From Eledone cirrhosa (lineage: Eukaryota), in contig OZ024741.1 in the NCBI GenBank assembly GCA_964016885.1, positions 278,380,001-278,444,000 on the forward strand: a stretch of DNA of 64,000 bases, read 5' to 3'. Under the pieces are notes generated by a model. That model did not search any database. It saw only the letters and a list, made by a program, of their open reading frames with translations, and was not told where the DNA came from. Positions 1 to 11,244 of the stretch are shown one piece after another. The first letter of the stretch is position 1; the number at the start of each line of letters is the position of its first letter. A program made the translations under genes and the position numbers.

Positions 1-127
1 TTTCACTGATATGAAAGATTTCCTGGTAGAAGTTCAGGTGTATTCAGTGATTGGTATCCAGTTTCGGGGTATCCAATTAGAAAATCCAACGAATCTTTAA
101 GATTGCATATATATATTATATATGCAT

Positions 128-1920
128 ATCATCATCATCACCGTTTTACGTCCGTTCTTCCACGCTAGCATGGGTTAGACGGGTTGTCCTGTTGTGGGCA
201 GTGTCTGGTCGGCTGACCATGCCTTGTTCATACAGGAACTGATCTGGCTTGATTTCTACAGCTGGATGCCCTTCCTAACACCAACCTCATTTACAGTGAG
301 TGCTGGGTGCTTTTTCGTGGCGCCTACACGTCCACTTTACAGTGTGGGCTGGGTGCTTTTTTGCCGTGGGCACCTCCACGACCACCTTGCGGTGGGGGCA
401 TATTGTCTATATGCTTCAGCTTGTACCCATGGGAGGTCGGGTACTCTGTATTACTGCGTGACGCCAGAAGTCACGGTCGTGTGTCATTGCCTTTGAGAGG
501 TGTAATTAGGTAAGGTCGGCTTTTATCACCTCATCCCAGGTCATCTTGGGTCTCCCCACTCCGCGGTTTCCATCAACTTCTAGTGCTCTGCACCTTTTTA
601 TGCAGCTGTCATCCTTCATACGCATCACATGTCCATACCAGCGCAACCGCCTCTCCTGCACACAGCATTTGATTCCTCTTATGCTCAGTCTCTCTCTCAA
701 TTCATTTATGCTTTGTCGTTCACGTATATTACTGTTACACATCCATCGGAGCATGCAGGCTTCGTTTCTCTCTAATCTACGTAAGTCTTCCACCTTCAGC
801 GCCCAGGTCTCACTACCATGTAACATTGCTGTTCGGATACACGCATCATACAGTCTGCCTTTCATTCTGAGGGAGAAGCCTTTTGCAGCTAGCAGTGGTA
901 GTAGTTCCCTAAACTTCTTCCATCCCGTTCTTACCCTAGTTATTGTACTTTCTGAACACCCACCTCCGCTGCTAATTCGGTCACCTAGGTAGCAGAAGCT
1001 GTCTACTGTTTCTACAGAGCCCTCCCAGAGATTGGTGGTACTTGTTTCCTGTGGCTGTTTGCTGCTTGCTGTCTCAGCACAGCTGCTGCATGTGAAGCCT
1101 ACATTCTTAATTAAGCTTCCTGAGATCCCGCTACATCTCTTGTGTACCCATTGTTTGCATTTGGGGCAGAGAATGGAGTTCTTACCTACACCTTTCCTAC
1201 ATACTGAGCAAGGCCATTTCCCTGAGGGGATCTGGGTTCTGTTTTCTCGTCTACTTACAAGGACCTTAGTCTTTGTCATGTTGACTTTGAGACCCTTTCT
1301 TTCTAGTCCCTGCTTCCAAGTTTGGAATTTCTTCTCTAGTTCTACCATAGATTCAGCTATGAGTGCGAGGTCATCAGCATACAGGAGTTCCCATGGGCAT
1401 CCGGTCTTAAACTCCTCCGTTATTGCCTGCAGGACTATGATGAACAGGAGGGGGCTAAGAACAGAGCCCTGGTGGACCCCAACCTGTACGCTAAATTCCT
1501 CGCTATACTCATTGCTAATCCTAACTTTTCTGACTGCTCCCCTATACATGGCTTGTACAGCTTTCACAAGCCCACCAGATTACAGCACATGGAACTCTGT
1601 CAAAGGCTTTCTCAAGGTCGACAAATGCCAAGTAGAGTGGCTTACTTTTAGCTAGGTACTTTTCCTGTAATTGCCTCACAAGGAAGAGGGCATCAGTGGT
1701 GCCTCTTCCTGGTACAAACCCAAATTGCATCTCGTCTATTTTCACCCGGTCCCTAATCAACTGTGCTATAATTCTTTCTGTTACTTTCATGACCTGGTCC
1801 ATCAGCTTTATACCTCTATAGTTTCCTCTATCTAGTGCATCGCCTTTACCTTTGTAGCAGTTGACAATGATGCTACTGCACCAATCTTTTGGTATGACAC
1901 CTTCCAGTATTTCCTGTATT
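128..1920 (-). mobile_element. 5'-truncated RTE-clade LINE, decayed
   Basis: RT motifs NYRGIKLM, QFGFVPGRGTTDA, FVDLEKAFDRV, GVHQGSVLSPLLF, YADD and RTE-type C-terminus RLRWYGHVMR...GRPKMTW. 3' UTR ends in a (GAT)n tail at ~128-141; the 5' end is lost in a (TA)n tract. Confidence 0.9.
416..1920 (-). pseudogene. RTE reverse transcriptase ORF with frameshift and premature stop
   Basis: Frameshift near 1570 (VIWW joined out of frame to LVKAVQAMY). In-frame TAA at 506-508 is followed by LHLSKAMTHDRDFWR..., ending at TGA 416-418. Confidence 0.85.
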
Positions 1921-1924
1921 TTGT

Positions 1925-1983
1925 ATATATATGTATATATATAGTATATATATAATATATATATTATATATGCATATGTATTT

Positions 1984-2072
<89 letters not shown>

Positions 2073-2099
2073 TATCATCATCATCATCATCATCATCAT
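1925..2099. repeat. (TA)n microsatellite followed by (CAT)n
   Basis: Read directly; the (CAT)n run is the tail of the next RTE fragment. Confidence 0.95.
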
Positions 2100-2490
2100 T
2101 TAACGTCCATATTCCACGCTTGCATGGGTTTGGACGGAATTTTCCCACTTGAGGCAAGAGTGGTTGTCTTGCTTGCATAGGACTGTCTGGTGGGTTTTCT
2201 ACGGCTGGATGCCCTTCCTAACACCAACCACATTTACAGTGTGGAACTGGGAGGTTTTTACTGTGTTACCTACTCGGCCACATTACAGCGTAGACTGTGT
2301 GTTTTTTTGTCGTGACACCTACACGACCTCATTTGTTTCGGGCTGGGTGTTGTGGTACCAACATAACTTTACATTGAAAGGGGTGGTGTGTATGGGGTGG
2401 GGGTAGTGGGACGGGGGTGTATTTTGTTAGAGGTGCCTACTGACTGTAGTAGGTTTCACTTTGTACTTAGGTAAGGCGGGTTTTCTCATA
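2074..2490 (-). mobile_element. RTE LINE 3' UTR fragment (second copy)
   Basis: Shares (CAT)n, acgtcc..ttccacgct.gcatgggtt and gctggatgcccttcctaacaccaacc with 128-380. Confidence 0.8.
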
Positions 2491-2533
2491 TATATATATA
2501 AATATTGTTACTGTGATTTTTTTTTCTTCAAAG

Positions 2534-2730
2534 GACCCTACCTCAGATCACCAGTGGGTTATCTCTGATGGTCCAGTTGATGCAATCTGGATAGAAAACA
2601 TGAATACTGTTCTTGATGACAATAAGATGCTTTGTCTAGCTAATAGTGAAAGAATCAAGTTAACCCCTTTCATTCACATGCTGTTTGAAGTGGAAGACCT
2701 TGCTGTTGCTTCTCCTGCCACTGTTAGTCG
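2534..2730 (+). CDS. DNAH6: Axonemal dynein heavy chain internal exon A (AAA2 region)
   Basis: Translates [66 protein letters not shown], the dynein AAA2 signature. Acceptor ttttcttcaaag ends at 2533, donor gtaagt at 2731, split codon CG|T. Paralog assignment is from remembered similarity to DNAH6. Confidence 0.93.
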
Positions 2731-2989
2731 GTAAGTATTGCTAAGATAGTGTTGAAATGGGAGAGCTCTAAGTTGTCTAGACTAGCCTCATGGTGGTGGT
2801 GATGGTGGTGGTGGTGGTAATGAAGATGATTTTACCATGGTAGGAAGGAAGAAAAGCAAAGCCAGATTTGGCAAGTTTTAAGAACAGTATTTTTTGTACC
2901 AACACTAGCACTCTTCAATTATTTGAAATAAAGTTAATATAAAGAGCTGTGTGCTCATGCATGGAGATGCTATAAAATAGGGGGAAGAC

Positions 2990-3310
2990 CCTTATAGACA
3001 GAAAAAAAAAGTTGCCATCGGCTATTGCAAGGAAAGGAACCTCGTATTTCCCAGATACTGGCTATTTCCGTCTGTAAGAGTCTTTACCCTATTTTATAAG
3101 CTATTATAACATCTTCACAGATGAGCACACAATTCTTTATATTAACTTTATCTTCTCAGTGCTTCATAAAAGTCCGAGAGATCAGCTTCATATACATGAT
3201 GTTTGTTGATATAAAGACATTCAAGCTGAATACCAGCCACTTTGATCTCACCAGATTAGGAGGGGCTACTACTGTCATGGGCAATGTCCCTCCTTTGATT
3301 AATAATCAAA
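2990..3310 (+). repeat. Unclassified interspersed repeat, copy 1
   Basis: Collinear with 12215-12560 (ttctttatattaactttatcttctca...gacattcaagctgaat...ggaggggctactactgtcatg). Confidence 0.75.
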
Positions 3311-4149
3311 TTGGCTGTGTATATTTGAAATAAATATTTTTTCTTTTCTTCCTCTGTAAACTGAATGCCTGCTTTTATTTTTACAAAAGGAGAGATATAT
3401 TGTCTTGAAATAATCTCCATGTTTTACTAATTTTTATCAACTTTGAACCTACTATCTTTAATAGTTCCCTTCCAAATCTAGTGCTTACATATTGTAGTTG
3501 CCTTTGTCCAAGCCAATAATGATGTCTCTATGTATAATACTTACTTGACCTGGTAGGAATAGCAGTGAAATTTCCTTCATTAAAAAAAAAAATTTACTAT
3601 GTCTGAAAAAACAAACAAACAAAATTAAACAGAATGGTCATGACTGGAACATCTTTGATCATAGGTTTGCTCAATTATAGCTGACCTCATCTTAAACAAT
3701 GGCAACGTCTGCACTAATTATTTAACTGAAAATAATTACAAAACCAGAAGAAAGATTATGTTGAAATTAATATAAATAACAATAAAATACATTTCATGTA
3801 AGAGCATGCTTATTATGAAATATAATAAAGCTATTTCTCTTCTAGATGCATAATGTGTCTTCTGGAGAGACATACACAACTTATATCCTGAGGTGAAACT
3901 CATGACTAAAAAATTTAGAGTTCATTTCTTTATCCACTTAATTTTTCTGTTTCTTTTCTGCATTATAACAACATGCTATGACAATATTTTGTTGCATTTT
4001 CTGGTTTTGATTTTATTTTTATCTAGCCTTAAGCAAATAACTGACTTTTAAAATTTTGTTATCACGTTCACAACAGCTTATCTTTCCCTTTCTCACCTTT
4101 CTCAGCAGTGGTGTTGATTATGTTGTTTGGGCTCTTTATTCTCTAGTAT

Positions 4150-4580
4150 ATGTAGGGAAACAATAGTTCCCACGAAAAATTATTTTTACATCTGTTACCT
4201 TATTAACTAGTTTATGTAGGGAAACAATAGTTCCCACGAAAAATAATTTTTATATCTGTTGCCTTATTAATTAGTTTATATAGGAAAACAATATTTCCCA
4301 CAAAAAAGAATTTTTACATCTGTTGCCTTATTAACTAGTTGATATAGGAAAACAATAGTTTCCATGAAAAATAATTTTTACTTCTGTTACCTTATTAACT
4401 AGTTTATGTAGGGAAACAATAATTCCCACAAAAAAGAATTTTTACATCTGTTGCTGTAACTAGATTATGTAAGGAAATAAAAATTTCCATGAAAAATTAT
4501 TTTTACATCTGTTGCCTTATTAACTAGTTTATGTAGCGAAACAATAATTACTAGGAACAATTTTGTTTACATCTGTTGCT
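4150..4580. repeat. 64-bp minisatellite, about 7 units
   Basis: Units beginning t(g/a)tagg start at 4151, 4215, 4279, 4343, 4407, ~4468 and ~4532. Confidence 0.9.
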
Positions 4581-5403
4581 TTATTTCTGTTGAATTACTG
4601 TTACTGTTGTTATGTATCATAATTGTTTCAAGAACAATTCTTAAAGGAGTTACCATACTGCTAAGGCTTAAATAAATTTATTCCACATGCCACCACCATA
4701 AATGAAACTTAAGGGTCAGTTAATCTCGTGGTCCCAGTGGACATGTTCTTTTTTTGTTTTTTAAATTTCAATAATATTTAGAAAAGTTTTTAGAAATTCT
4801 GAATATCACTATACTCATAGAATTACTTACTCCTAATAATTTTGTCTTCAAAACTGCACAAGCTAGAAAGGTTCCTGTGTAGAGACCTAAACAACTTATG
4901 CTTAACTGATAGTGATTGTAGCAGTAAAGGCGTTAAAGGGTAAGGACTTCTCTGGTTGTATTAGTTGTGATCGTAATGATATATAATTACCATTTTGTAG
5001 TTGTTGATTAACCACAAGTCAGCCTTAATTGAGTAGATTTATAGTAAAAGATATTTCAACCATATAATATATCTAGAACTACAGTTTCCAAGGTGTAATT
5101 TCCTTTTTTAAGATGGTAGGATGTGATTTGAGAGAAATTTGGCTGCTGTTCCTAGCAGGTCAAGTAACCACTTTTGATTATCAATAAGAATACAAAAGCT
5201 TAGATGATTTTTAAAGAATCTGATTCTTACAGATAAGCTGCAAGTATCAATAACTTTCTTGTTCATTATGAAATTATTTATACAAAATTATAGAAACCCA
5301 GAATTGTTTTTTTAATCAGAAACAGTGATTAGGATTATGAAATTGTTCTATTTGATAGAATCGAGCACATAATTGGTAGAAGGGAGTGCATATTATAGAG
5401 ATG

Positions 5404-5630
5404 GCCTAGGGTGCTAAATACTAAGGCATGTATTGTAGGGCTAGCCTTGGGTGTTTAATATTGAGGCACATATAGTAGGGCTAGCCTAGGGTGCTAAATA
5501 CTGAGACATATACTGATGTAGCCTAGGGTGCTAAATACAAAAGCACATATAGATCTAGCCTAGGATGCTAATTACTGATGCATATATTGTAGGGCTAGCC
5601 TACGGTGCTAAATACTGAGGCACTAGCTCT
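5404..5630. repeat. ~35-40 bp minisatellite, about 6 units
   Basis: Repeated gcctagggtgctaaatactgaggcacatat...gggcta. Confidence 0.85.
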
Positions 5631-6059
5631 AGATCTATACTGTTCTTGTTTATAGTACTTTCAAATGTATCCTGAACAGCTCCCAATGGGTATTTTTTTA
5701 CTATTACCTTGACTGACCATTTTTTGTACCAGTTGCTGTGAAGACCTCTGGTGTCCTTGCTCCCTGAACTGCTGTTTCCTTCTGCAAAATTGGGAGGAGC
5801 ACATCCTGTCTGAGGAAGAATCCTCATGAGGTGGAGTGGCTGATGATGTAGGTGTCACTGACTGTTCTTTGCAGTAATGCCATTGCCATTTTGTCCACAG
5901 GGCACAGCTGAGATATACAGCCTAAACTGGAGTGTAGAGTTTTCTGCTCATTTCCTCTCCCTTTCCCTTACTTTTACTATTTGATTTTTCCTCTATTTTT
6001 CTTTTTCTATTGCAAATATTACCTATTACTACAGGAGTTTGTATAATTAATCATTTCAG

Positions 6060-6243
6060 TTGCGGTATGGTATACATTGATCCTGGAGGATTGAAATGGT
6101 TTCCTTATGTAGAAAAATGGATAAATGAATGGGATGACACCCTGAAAGAATCATCTAAGGAATTTCTACTTAATCTTTTTAGAGACTATGTGGAGAAAGG
6201 TTTTGAATTTGTGAAAAATAATTGTACTCAGACAATAAATCAG
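6060..6243 (+). CDS. DNAH6: Axonemal dynein heavy chain internal exon B
   Basis: Acceptor tcatttcag ends at 6059. The first T completes CG|T (Arg), giving VSR-CGMVYIDPGGLKWFPYVEKW...CTQTINQ, the conserved 'TVSRCGMV' motif across the junction. Donor gtagaa at 6244, phase 0. Confidence 0.9.
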
Positions 6244-6613
6244 GTAGAATTAATGATTTATATCTCATTCTAAATGTGGCAGTTAGCAAAATATTTGTTT
6301 TTACCATAAACTATCAACATTGTTTGAGCAGATCTTCCCCTACTGTGTCTCCTATGAGTTGCTTCTCACAACAGCAGCTCGTGTATAACTTCCTGCTTAC
6401 TTCCCCAGCAATGTCCTGCAAATCGTAACCATCTTTGAGCAATTGTAGTTGTCATCTTTAGCTAGTTTCCATATAAACTTTCATTTGTAATACTTCATAC
6501 TTTGTACTAAATGTAGAGTTAGGTGGTACAATATGACTAGAACATATATATATTCTGCACTAACACATGTCTCATTTAAAGTCTACACTAATCTGCCCTT
6601 GATATGTACTTCA

Positions 6614-6940
6614 TCCTAACAAAGTCTCTCCACAATTCTCAATTTTCCATTGCTCCTGGCAACTGCTCCCTAATGAGGTTTGTATCGTTTGAGAGTTAAT
6701 TGGTAAAGGTTTGAACAGGCCTACCTCTACTTCATCTCTCGTGAGTTGCTTCTCACAATATTATCTTGTGTATAACTTCCTATTTACTTCCCCTACAAAT
6801 AATAGTTATCTTAGAGCAATTGTAGTTGTTATCTTAGGCAAGTTTCCATTCATTGACCAACTCAGACAATACAAACCTCAGTAGGGAGCAGTTGCCAAGA
6901 GCAATGGAAAATTGGGAATTGTGGAGAGACTTTGTCAGGA
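6614..6940. repeat. Fold-back / MITE-like element with ~80-bp inverted arms
   Basis: 6614-6693 (tcctaacaaagtctctccacaattc...tgaggtttgtatcgtttgag) is the reverse complement of 6861-6940. The loop is a diverged copy of 6320-6470. Confidence 0.8.
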
Positions 6941-7178
6941 GTGTTTGACAATTATGATCAATATGTATTTTTAATTTTGATTATCAATAACTATAACCAA
7001 TGATATTAATTCTTTCATTAACATATTTCTAATGAAAGACACTGCCTATGATTTTGAAATAATCTAAAAAAATAATCAAGGATTTGGAAGGATTTAAGAA
7101 CATAACTAACTTTCTCTTTATTAGGCTGGTGTTTGGAACATACCTTAATAAAGTTTCTTACATAAAATTATGATGAAA

Positions 7179-7182
<4 letters not shown>

Positions 7183-7220
<38 letters not shown>

Positions 7221-7240
7221 GTGTATGTATGTATATATAT
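7183..7240. repeat. (TA)n microsatellite
   Basis: Read directly. Confidence 0.9.
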
Positions 7241-7334
7241 AACCACTTTAACCCTTTCATTAACATATTTTGAATAAATTGGGAAAGATAGATGCCAGAT
7301 GATGAAGACATTTATTTTCAATGTTTATTTTCAA

Positions 7335-7480
7335 TGAAATTATATATACAGTTGATGTGTATATATTTCAATGTTAGGTTGATATGAAATTATGTACACA
7401 GTTGATGTGTATACATTTTAATGTTAGGTTGATATGAAATTATATCCACAGTTCATTTTGCTTTAATCTTAGGTTGATAT
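7335..7480 (+). repeat. ~50-bp tandem repeat overlapping the exon C acceptor
   Basis: ttag|gttgatat occurs with AG at 7376-7377, 7426-7427 and 7471-7472. Confidence 0.8.
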
Positions 7481-7706
7481 TTCAAAAGTCGCAACATTAT
7501 GTAAGCTTTTGGAGTCGCTGTTATTTTCTGAGAATGCTAAGAAGGTTATTAATTTTGAAACTAGTAACAACCAGCTTATGTCAACTTTGTGTACAACATT
7601 CATGTTTTGCTATATTTGGGCCATTGGTGGAAACATCATTGAATCTAAGTGGGATGCATATGATACCTTCGTCAAGAATATGTTTGACAACAACCCTTAT
7701 GCAAAG
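7473..7706 (+). CDS. DNAH6: Axonemal dynein heavy chain internal exon C (AAA2 lid)
   Basis: Acceptor ctttaatcttag ends at 7472. 78 codons VDISKVATLCKLLESLLF...FMFCYIWAIGGNII...FDNNPYAK; donor gtaaga at 7707. The VDISKV..LC.LLESL and FCY.W..GGN motifs fit DNAH6-type dynein. Confidence 0.9.
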
Positions 7707-7749
7707 GTAAGAATTTGTTTTGTTTTTTTTGTTTCATAGTCTGAACGTG

Positions 7750-7862
7750 CATGGCTTAGAGGTTAGGGAATTAGATTTGAAATTGTGAGGTTGCGAGTTT
7801 GATTCCAAGATCTGGTGATATGTTATGTCCTTGGGCGAGACACTTTATTTCACATTGCTCCT
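7750..7862 (+). mobile_element. tRNA-derived SINE head (different family, CORE-like)
   Basis: A-box-like tggcttagaggtt, B-box-like gagtttgattcc, then ccttgggcgagacactt. Confidence 0.5.
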
Positions 7863-8132
7863 TCTGCCAAGAGATGTGACCGGTAGATAGTATCAGCAAT
7901 GGAAAGACCATTTAAATCATTGTTTCCTTGGTCTGATTTAACGAGCTCCACCCCACTTGGTAAGGGAATGAGGTCTGGGATCTTGTCCATCAATTCAATT
8001 AAAGAGAAATGGCGTAAGGTTAGCTGAGTACAATTGGGGATGTTTCAGTAATGCGAGAAGAGGAAACAGAGCAAAGGAATTGTTGCAATGGAATAGTAAA
8101 TAAATAACAAAGTCTGATGAAACTAATAGTTA

Positions 8133-8315
8133 TTGGTAGAGGGTCGAATGCCATGCTTTGCAGCACAGTTAGGTCCCTTTACGGACTGAGTTCAAATCCT
8201 GTTGAAGTTAACTTTGTCTTTCATTTGCTTTTCATTCTTACGGGGTCGATAAAATAAAGTACCAGTAATGTACTGGGTAATTGCTGGCCTTGTGCCAAAA
8301 GTAGAAACAATTATT
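8133..8315 (+). mobile_element. tRNA-derived SINE (abundant family)
   Basis: B-box gagttcaaatcc and core aactttg.ctttcat...ggggtcgataaaataaagtaccag, then gctggccttgtgccaaaagtagaaacaattatt. Confidence 0.85.
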
Positions 8316-8735
8316 TAGTAAAAGTTTGTATGTCATGGGGACACAGGTAAAGCCCAGGGATGTGACATGCAGTGACAATTTCTCCAACATCATCCTGGTG
8401 AATTTAGCGACTTCTTTTAACTAATTTTGTTAGTTTTGTGACTGTATTTCTTATGAAATACACTTTTTTCAGGGTTTACTAAAATTATTAATTATTTCAT
8501 TATTTAGATAGAAGTTAACATATAGTTTATATATAATATTATGCTTGAAAATTTAAATCTAAATAGGAATGCTTTAAAATGGGTGGTTTTATTTCATAGA
8601 ATCAGAGCTGGTCTTAGTTAGGTTGGTATCAGAAGGGAGGGGTTTCTAATAAGAAAAAATAACTATTTTGGATTTAAAAAAGTTTTTTTTTTTTTTTTTT
8701 TGCTGAATAGAGATACATATAGTCTGGCAATAAAG

Positions 8736-8876
8736 AATAATTGTTTCTACTTTTTGGTACAAGGCCAGCAATTACCCAGTGCATTACTGGTACTTTATTT
8801 TATTGACCCCGTAAGGATGAAAGGCAAAGTTAACCTCGGCGGGATTTGAACTCAGACCGCAAAGGGACGTAATTGA
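8736..8876 (-). mobile_element. Same SINE family, inverted copy
   Basis: Reverse complement of the 8133-8315 body (ctggtactttattttattgacccc...ggatttgaactc). Confidence 0.85.
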
Positions 8877-9079
8877 ATAATGATTTTGAGAAAGACTTGC
8901 TAACTGATGATCTGCTGTTTGAAATGATTTGGGCCACAATATATTTCTATTGTTAGTCAGGTAGAATAGCGAGATAAAGAAGATAGAGGCGAGAAAATCC
9001 ACTGCATATGACACCTCTGTTGAAATAACTTAATATAATAAGAATATAATATGATAATATCAAAATATAACATAGCTAA

Positions 9080-9270
9080 GGCAGCAAATTAGATAGAATG
9101 CTTTGCAGTATTCATTCCAACTCCCTGCTCTCTGAGTTCAAATCCTGCTGAGGTCAACTTTGCCTTTTATCCATTCGAGGTTGATAAAAAAAAAGTACCA
9201 GTTTAGAACTGGGGTCGATTATTCCTCTACATCTCTTTCTCACTTCCTTTCCCTCACTTTCTATCCTTCT
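9080..9270 (+). mobile_element. Same SINE family
   Basis: gagttcaaatcc..gaggtcaactttgcc...gtaccag; its pyrimidine-rich 3' flank is shared with the copy at 12625. Confidence 0.8.
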
Positions 9271-10457
9271 CTGGAAGAAATCTGCTGTATTCAAGCCTGG
9301 AGAGAAGATGTCGCTCTGCCAGGCTTAAAATACCCATGAAATGGTGTATGTCAATACAGCACCCCTATGAATCCATCAGGAGTCACAGGACCATACTATA
9401 CCCTACCAATATCATAGCTAGAATGATTGTTTTATTAAAATTAACTGTGAGTTCATATTTTGTTAAAATTAACTGTGAGTTGCTTCTCATCCTTCTATGT
9501 TTGAAAAAGTAAAATATCTGTCAAGTACTGGGGTTGATATAATCGACTTTCCTCTTCCTCTAAATTGTTGACCTTGTGCCCAAATTATATAAAGTTAAAA
9601 CAAATTATTAAGAAATTATTATGGAGTATAACAAAATAATTTTCATGGAAAGTTTTCTTTTTTTACCTCAGTCATTGTTAAACTTGAAATTGTTTTGAAT
9701 TTTATTTGAAACTTAGCAAAGGAAACAGCTATTTTATTATTGCTGTTTAGTTTCTGACATAGAATAACTGGGCATTGGATAATTCTCTTGACATTTTTCT
9801 GCCAATATTCCTGTTTACTAAGAAAAGTTTGTAGAACCTTCTGTAAAAATATATTTAATGTTAACATTACTGATATATTTTATATAAATCTGAATATACT
9901 TAATTTTTTGACAGTTTAAAAATATACTTAATTTTCTGACAGTTTAAAAAAATATGAATATAATAAATAAAGATTTGAAAAAAGAAAGACCAAAAAACAA
10001 AAACAATTGATTTCAGATATAAAACAATATATAAGCACAGATAGAACTGGAAATCAGAAATCAATTTTCTATAGAATTTTGAATAGGTTTATTCTTGTGG
10101 GAATTTTGTCTTATCAAAGAACATGCATCTTAAAGAATTAATGTCAGAATTCAATATTGATTTCATGATTGATTTATTTTAATACAAATGAAATTAAAAT
10201 GAGACTAGTTCAGATATTAGGTATATATATATATTTACTTTCACTATCAGGAGCAAATTTGTTATTTTAGTTACATTACAAGTAGCTACCAATATGAGTA
10301 TCGCATCATAAAATTCTGCCTAATATTTTTTGAAAAGCATGAAGATTAGTTTTATCTTATTCAATTATATTTTTTGTTTTACTATTCTTTTCAGCTTAAA
10401 AGTAATTTTAATAAAGTCCAAGTGGTTGCATAAATAAAGTATTATACTAGTTGTTCT

Positions 10458-10730
10458 CATCGTCATCATCACCATCATTTTTGTCATCATTATCATCACC
10501 ATCTTTATCATTTAACGTCAATTTTCCATGAACTCAAGTGGAGCTACTGACCTCTCAGATGGGCTGGGTGCTGGCATCTTGCTTACATATGATCACAAAT
10601 TCTACTAAGTGCATTTTATCATGACCAGGGTGGTTGTTATGTCCTTAACACAGTGGTAGGGTCTCCCTGACCCTTTCTTTGGCTGTTGTTTTTTATGGCT
10701 GGATGCTCTTCTTATCACCAACTACTGCTG
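10458..10730 (-). mobile_element. Old RTE LINE 3' UTR remnant
   Basis: Degenerate (CAT)n, then tttaacgtcaattttccatg and ggctggatgctcttc..atcaccaac. Confidence 0.55.
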
Positions 10731-10974
10731 TTAGTTTTTTTTCCATCTCCAAGGATATGTTATTTAATTTTCTTAACTATTATTTATAATTATTAACTGT
10801 TATAACAATCATTTCTACATTTGGGATTCTCACATCCCCAAATTTTCAAACTTCAAACACTCCCAGTGCTGCAATAATTCATAACGTTTGAAAGACAGTA
10901 TATTTAATTGATTCTTAAACTACATTTTGGTTGAAAGTTCCTAAATAAAGTCTTGAAATCTCTATATTTTACAG

Positions 10975-11196
10975 GTGCCCACTGTCTGTGATATCTGGAG
11001 TGTATATATGAATTTCCTCTCAAATCGCTTAGAACTTTGGGAAATGGATGTACCCCATTTTATCTACAACAAAAACCTTCCCTATTTTGATATATTTGTG
11101 CCTTCAGTGGATACATTTCGATATGGCTATTTACTTGAGAAGTTACTGGATGTGAAGCAGTCTGTTCTCTATATTGGAAGCAGTGGTGTTGGCAAG
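10975..11196 (+). CDS. DNAH6: Axonemal dynein heavy chain internal exon D (into AAA3 Walker A)
   Basis: Acceptor tattttacag ends at 10974. 74 codons VPTVCDIWS...FVPSVDTFRYGYLLEKLLDVKQSVLYIGSSGVGK; donor gtaagt at 11197. Ends in the P-loop GxxGVGK(S). Confidence 0.92.
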
Positions 11197-11244
11197 GTAA
11201 GTACCAGAAAGATGCTTCTATTTAATTTTGATGTGTAGATTGAC

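Noticed and set aside
546-1655. Plus-strand ORFs of 148 and 207 aa
   Set aside because: Antisense shadows of the RT ORF with no recognisable domain.
1873-2180. YIYI, poly-D, poly-H and poly-S ORFs
   Set aside because: Translations of (TA)n and (CAT)n microsatellites.
8185-8200. tRNA genes at gagttcaaatcc motifs (also ~9135, ~11701, ~12692)
   Set aside because: These are SINE B-boxes; no cloverleaf is evident and each is followed by the SINE body.
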